Source of the DNA: a candidate division WOR-3 bacterium
GTDB taxonomy: Bacteria; Hydrothermota; Hydrothermia; Hydrothermales; Hydrothermaceae
Assembly: GCA_039803745.1 (NCBI GenBank)
Contig: JBDRZD010000053.1
Location: 1-10,760 of the forward strand
Reading direction: 5' to 3'
Length of the DNA: 10,760 bases
Shown: positions 7,010 through 10,760 of the stretch, piece after piece
Layout: the number at the start of each line of letters is the position of its first letter
How positions within the stretch are numbered: the stretch's first letter is position 1
Notes under the pieces: model-generated
Seen by the model: the letters and a program-made list of their open reading frames with translations, nothing else
What the model was told of the DNA's origin: nothing
Databases searched by the model: none
Position numbers and translations under genes: made by a program

Positions 7010-7819
7010 TTAAATTTTCAATTTTAAAAATCTTATAATACCTTCAATCATAAAAGAGGTATAAATCCCGTATTTATAAAAATTTGCCTGATTTTTTAAA
7101 AAAATATTAAGACCTTCTTCCTTTTTAAAAATTTTCAAAAATATAAAAAGCATAACTTTTAAAAAAGAAAATAAAAGAATTAAAGGGAAAATAAAAGAAA
7201 AATAAAGTCCTTCCCAAAAAGAAAGAAATATAAAAAAAGAGGAAAAATAAAAAATTAAAAGAAAAAATATTGAAAGATAAAATCCCATAAATTTTGAATA
7301 GGTCATAATTCCTAATTTTTCTTCAAAGGGAAACCTTATTTTTTCCGAAAAAAATTTTAAAAAATTAATAATAAAAAAACCTAAAAAAATTGAAAAAACC
7401 TCTGGATAAAAGGGGAATCTAAAGGGATACAGAAAAAATAAAAGATAAAGGTATAAGAAAGAATATAAAATATCCTTTAATATGAAATTCTCTTTTAAAT
7501 AATCTTTTATTTTTTCATACTTAAAGAAAAAAGAGAAAAATAAAAATAAGATAGAAAATTTCTTAAAAAGATAAAAATTTTTAAATAAAACTAAAATTGA
7601 TAAAAATGAAAAGAGAAGAAGAAATGGAATATTTTCTTTTCCCTCTTCCTCCTCATTTATTTTTAAAATTAAAAAAAGAGAAAAAGAGGAGAAAAATTTA
7701 AAAACTTCTAAAAAGTTTGTTTTATCTTTTAAAAGATATAAAGAACTTAAATAAAAAAAATAAAAAAGAAAAAATTCTAATAAATATTTCTTTAAAAGAA
7801 ATTTAAATTTATCTACCAA
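7010..7819 (-). CDS. Phe/Leu-rich polytopic membrane protein, possibly a degenerate UbiA-superfamily member
   Basis: A 269-codon open frame in very AT-rich DNA is unlikely by chance. Several hydrophobic segments; loop EKIRFPFEEKLGIMTYSKFMG resembles the second UbiA loop (D-x-x-x-G-x-x-T). TTG start overlaps the menA stop. Confidence 0.65.
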   Translation of the reverse strand: MVDKFKFLLKKYLLEFFLFYFFYLSSLYLLKDKTNFLEVFKFFSSFSLFLILKINEEEEGKENIPFLLLFSFLSILVLFKNFYLFKKFSILFLFFSFFFKYEKIKDYLKENFILKDILYSFLYLYLLFFLYPFRFPFYPEVFSIFLGFFIINFLKFFSEKIRFPFEEKLGIMTYSKFMGFYLSIFFLLIFYFSSFFIFLSFWEGLYFSFIFPLILLFSFLKVMLFIFLKIFKKEEGLNIFLKNQANFYKYGIYTSFMIEGIIRFLKLKI

Positions 7820-9146
7820 GCAAAATTCCTATAAAATATAAAAGCCCGAAAGATGTGTTGAGTTTTGCAGTTAAAAGGTCAAGCATAACGAAATCAAAAA
7901 AGGAAGGATTAAAGGCAATTTGAATATTTCTTATTGCCTGAGGAAGAGATAAGAAGACAATGAGAGTCCAGAATGGCAAAAGTTTTAAAATTACGAAGAT
8001 AACCGTCAAAATATAGGGTATAGATACAAGGGCAAGATAATAATAAGAGGAAATTTTATAACCCATCAAATTTGCAGGTGTTATCGCCTTTACCCTTGCA
8101 TCCTCCTCAATATCTCTGAAATTATTTCCATGAAGAATACCAACAACAATCAGTGCAGAAGGAATTATGAGGATAAAAGGGAGCCATGAGAATTCTTTTG
8201 TCTGAACATAATAGGCACCAAGCGAAAGAAATGGACCAAAAGCCAAAAATACTGAAATATCACCGAGTCCCCTGTATTTTAATCCAAGGGGTTTTAATTG
8301 ATAAAAAATACCAAGAAATGCACCTATAAGAATAATTATCAAAAGAAAAATTCCTCTTAGAAGAGTTAATATTATTCCACATATAAGGGATATAATGAAA
8401 AGAAAAATTATTAGATTTAAATGCTCTTTTTCACTCATCAGCCCATCCTGTAAAACCCTGCTTGAACCAATAGTAAGCCAATCATCAACTCCATACTTAT
8501 AATCCATATGGTCATTTAAGGCATTAACTCCTGCATGAAAAGTGATAATTCCTAAAACTACCAAAAGGAAAAGCCAGAAATTGACTTGCGGTGCTAAAAA
8601 TGTTCCTATTATTAAAGATATAAAAGATGCGGTAAAGGCAAATGGTCTTGTTGCTCTAAAATATATGAACAATTTTTTTGGTTTCTCTTTTAACTCTTTA
8701 AGAATTTTTAAATCTTCATCATTTATAGAAATTTTTTCAAAAACGATTTTCCCCTTTTTTAAATCTGTTATTTCTATTTCAATTGGTAAAAGCCTCACTA
8801 TTTTAATCCCTTTCACCCTCTTCACAGGAATTATTGCTTCAAAAGACTTTCTAAAGATTATTTTTCTTATCTCTTCAAGATTTTGAGGTTCACCAAGAAT
8901 TTCTGCTTTTGCAAAAACCTTTAATATCCTGTCAGGTTTTTCTCCCTGAATTAAAAAATAACATTTACCCTTTTCCCTTATATTTTCAAGAATTCTTTCA
9001 TCAGAAACAAGTGCATATATAATTCCGCCATCCTCTGCATAGAAATTTTTTTCAAAGGAAATCTCACCATCTGATGTAATTATTGTTAAAATTTTATTTT
9101 CAGATAGAATTTCATTTATACTTCTAAGTATTTCCTTTCTTTCCAT
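7809..9146 (-). CDS. menA: Fusion of an N-terminal pyridoxamine-phosphate-oxidase-like split barrel and a MenA-type 1,4-dihydroxy-2-naphthoate prenyltransferase
   Basis: Start re-called from 9188 to the ATG at 9146 (AAGGAG RBS upstream). MenA/UBIAD1 motifs RATRPFAF, NALNDHMDYKYGVD, Y-x-x-x-P-x-x-LKYRGLGD and NNFRDIEED-x-x-x-x-x-x-T. An extra soluble domain of about 150 aa precedes them. Confidence 0.85.
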   Translation of the reverse strand: MERKEILRSINEILSENKILTIITSDGEISFEKNFYAEDGGIIYALVSDERILENIREKGKCYFLIQGEKPDRILKVFAKAEILGEPQNLEEIRKIIFRKSFEAIIPVKRVKGIKIVRLLPIEIEITDLKKGKIVFEKISINDEDLKILKELKEKPKKLFIYFRATRPFAFTASFISLIIGTFLAPQVNFWLFLLVVLGIITFHAGVNALNDHMDYKYGVDDWLTIGSSRVLQDGLMSEKEHLNLIIFLFIISLICGIILTLLRGIFLLIIILIGAFLGIFYQLKPLGLKYRGLGDISVFLAFGPFLSLGAYYVQTKEFSWLPFILIIPSALIVVGILHGNNFRDIEEDARVKAITPANLMGYKISSYYYLALVSIPYILTVIFVILKLLPFWTLIVFLSLPQAIRNIQIAFNPSFFDFVMLDLLTAKLNTSFGLLYFIGILLGR

Positions 9147-9177
9147 GGATTCTCCTTTTTGAATTTTGAAGAGAATA

Positions 9178-9207
9178 ATTATAAACAAATGAAAAAATTT
9201 TTTTCAA
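9178..9207 (-). promoter_or_regulatory. Putative sigma70 promoter for the menA-fusion transcription unit
   Basis: Minus strand TTGAAA (9207-9202), 18 bp spacer, TATAAT (9183-9178), about 30 bp upstream of the ATG. The AT-rich background lowers specificity. Confidence 0.55.
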
Positions 9208-9231
9208 TATCAGGGATAATCGCTCAAAAAC

Positions 9232-9599
9232 CTACAAATTTATTTTAAAAGCAAAAAACGGAAAGTTATGCCTTAAATTACTCAAAAAAGGAACCGGATT
9301 AAAATAAAATTGTAAGTTATCAAATTTAAATAATGTGCTTTCCAACTTTTTGATAAAAAACTTATATGTAAAACTTGTTAATGCGATTTCAGATGTTATA
9401 AATATTCTCCATACAAATTAAATAAACCCATATATGTTGAATCCTCTTTCTGATAAAGAAGTATATTGAGAGGTCTTTCTTTAAAAAGTGTTATAAGTTT
9501 TTGCTGGGTCATTCTATCAATTTTTAAAACTTTAAGTGTTTTTGCTTCTTCAGAAAATAGAGAAATAAAGAAAAATAAAATTATAAATAATTTTTTTAT
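9232..9599 (-). pseudogene. Unannotated disrupted gene for an exported or membrane protein of about 120 aa (ATA at the start position plus one frameshift)
   Basis: From 9599: (I)KKLFIILFFFISLFSEEAKTLK...STYMGLFNLYGEYL* (stop 9398-9396). An overlapping second frame reads FVWRIFITSEIALTSF...NFPFFAFKINL* (TAG 9234-9232). Together they fill the gap between the flanking genes. Confidence 0.55.
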
Positions 9600-10759
9600 G
9601 GTTTTATTTTTAAAACTTTGTAAATTTCTTTTCCAAATTTTAAAAAATAAGTAGAAGAAGAGAGGTCCAAAACTATTTTATTTTCTCCTTTCTTTAATTT
9701 AATTTCTCCGGGTTTCCTTCCAGAAATCCCAAAAATCTCAATTTTTCCGTAATTATCCCTGTTATAAATTCTAATATAATTATTTCCAAAAATAAACGAG
9801 ATTTTTCTATTTAAATTATTCCTTTCAGAAATCTTCTGTTCAACATAATATCCAAAATAGGCATCCTGATTACCGTTTCTTGTGTCAGTCCATAGAGGAA
9901 ATGGAATGCCTGCATAGGAATCAAGCCCGATATATTCTCCGATAACACCTGCTTTAAAACTGTCAGGATTTATTGAAACAGTTGTGACTCTTATATTTGG
10001 AGTAAATGTTTCTCCTCCATCAAAACTCTGTGTTAAAAATAAATCAAATTTCCAGTTGTTTGAATAAAGCCTTCTATCGTAAAAACAAACTGTTAATATT
10101 CCTGTTGAATCAACACATGCCCATGGATGGAACTGGTCAAGCCCGTTTCCAACAGGGTCATCATTAACCCTTTTTCTTTGTGTCCAAGTAAAGCCACCAT
10201 CTAAAGATTTTGTCAGGAAAATATCAGGGTCACCACCAGGTCCTGTATCCATATATATTACATAAATTGTTCCATAATAAGGACTTGAAGGATATATATC
10301 ACATACAGGAACTGGATATGAAAATGTTAAAATATTCCCATTTAAATATCTATTAGGCTGGTCAACATATTGAACTATGTTATCCTGATCAAATGTCAAA
10401 CCTCCATTATAAGATACATCATGCATTATAGCAGAATAATAATAATTAAGCCAAAAAACATGAACATAACCATTTTTATCCACGGCAGGAACAGACCACT
10501 GATTATCTGAAAGATCAGAAACCCTGATAGGAGGAGACTATGTAACTCCCTGATTTGCGCTTCTTACAAGATAAATATTGGTTTCCCAGAATCTTGTCCA
10601 GGAGATATAAAGGTTCCCTGAGTAAGGACTATTTGTTCTATCACACGTAATAAGTTCTTTATCTTCAAAATTTGAATAACTTGGACCAACTGCAATATAA
10701 GGACCATCCCAGTTAACTCCTCCATCAAAAGACCTATAAACACAAAGGGCATTTGAATC
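9596..10759 (-). pseudogene. Asp-box (BNR) sialidase-like beta-propeller protein with T9SS-like C-terminal domain, interrupted by an in-frame TAG at 10540-10538 (5'-truncated by window edge)
   Basis: One frame from the window edge contains Asp-boxes RSFDGGVNW, RSANQGVT*, VSYNGGLTF, KSLDGGFTW and QSFDGGETF, plus DKE, DQFHPW, FYDRR, IGEYIGL and WTDTRNG. Tail IEIFGISGR...LSSSTYFLK...KVLKI. The tracked ORF 9596-10483 is only the part after the stop. Confidence 0.85.
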
Positions 10760-10760
10760 A

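Noticed and set aside
7010..7810. A-rich tract as a tandem repeat or CRISPR array
   Set aside because: No recurring fixed unit or spacer pattern; the A runs are Phe/Leu codons on the minus strand.
8542..8886. 114 aa plus-strand ORF
   Set aside because: Antisense shadow of the menA fusion.
9466..9654. 62 aa plus-strand ORF
   Set aside because: Antisense to the BNR gene end and the hidden minus-strand gene, with no clear RBS.
10538..10540. Pyrrolysine insertion at the TAG
   Set aside because: The position is a structural Trp of an Asp-box, one substitution from TGG, and no pyl genes or methylamine methyltransferase context are visible.
10564..10752. 62 aa minus-strand ORF
   Set aside because: Alternative frame over the Asp-box-coding frame.

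Overview
AT-rich bacterial chromosomal window from a diderm organism. The secretin, the lipoproteins and a T9SS-like C-terminal tail suggest an FCB-related lineage such as candidate division WOR-3 (inference only). The left half is a type IV pilus accessory locus: the 3' part of a PilY1/PilC beta-propeller adhesin, a small exported protein, a lipoprotein with three Ig/cadherin-like repeats, an unknown lipoprotein on the minus strand and the secretin PilQ. The unknown lipoprotein and pilQ share a perfectly symmetric bidirectional sigma70 promoter. tRNA-Val(TAC) abuts the pilQ stop codon with no spacer. The right half is all minus strand: an Asp-box (BNR) propeller gene with an in-frame TAG at a conserved Trp, a hidden frameshifted gene lacking its ATG, a split-barrel/MenA fusion, a very divergent UbiA-like membrane protein, a PLP trans-sulfuration lyase, and a nucleotidyltransferase plus small-protein pair whose last ORF runs antisense into the tRNA. 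Family assignments come from motif recognition by eye, not database searches.
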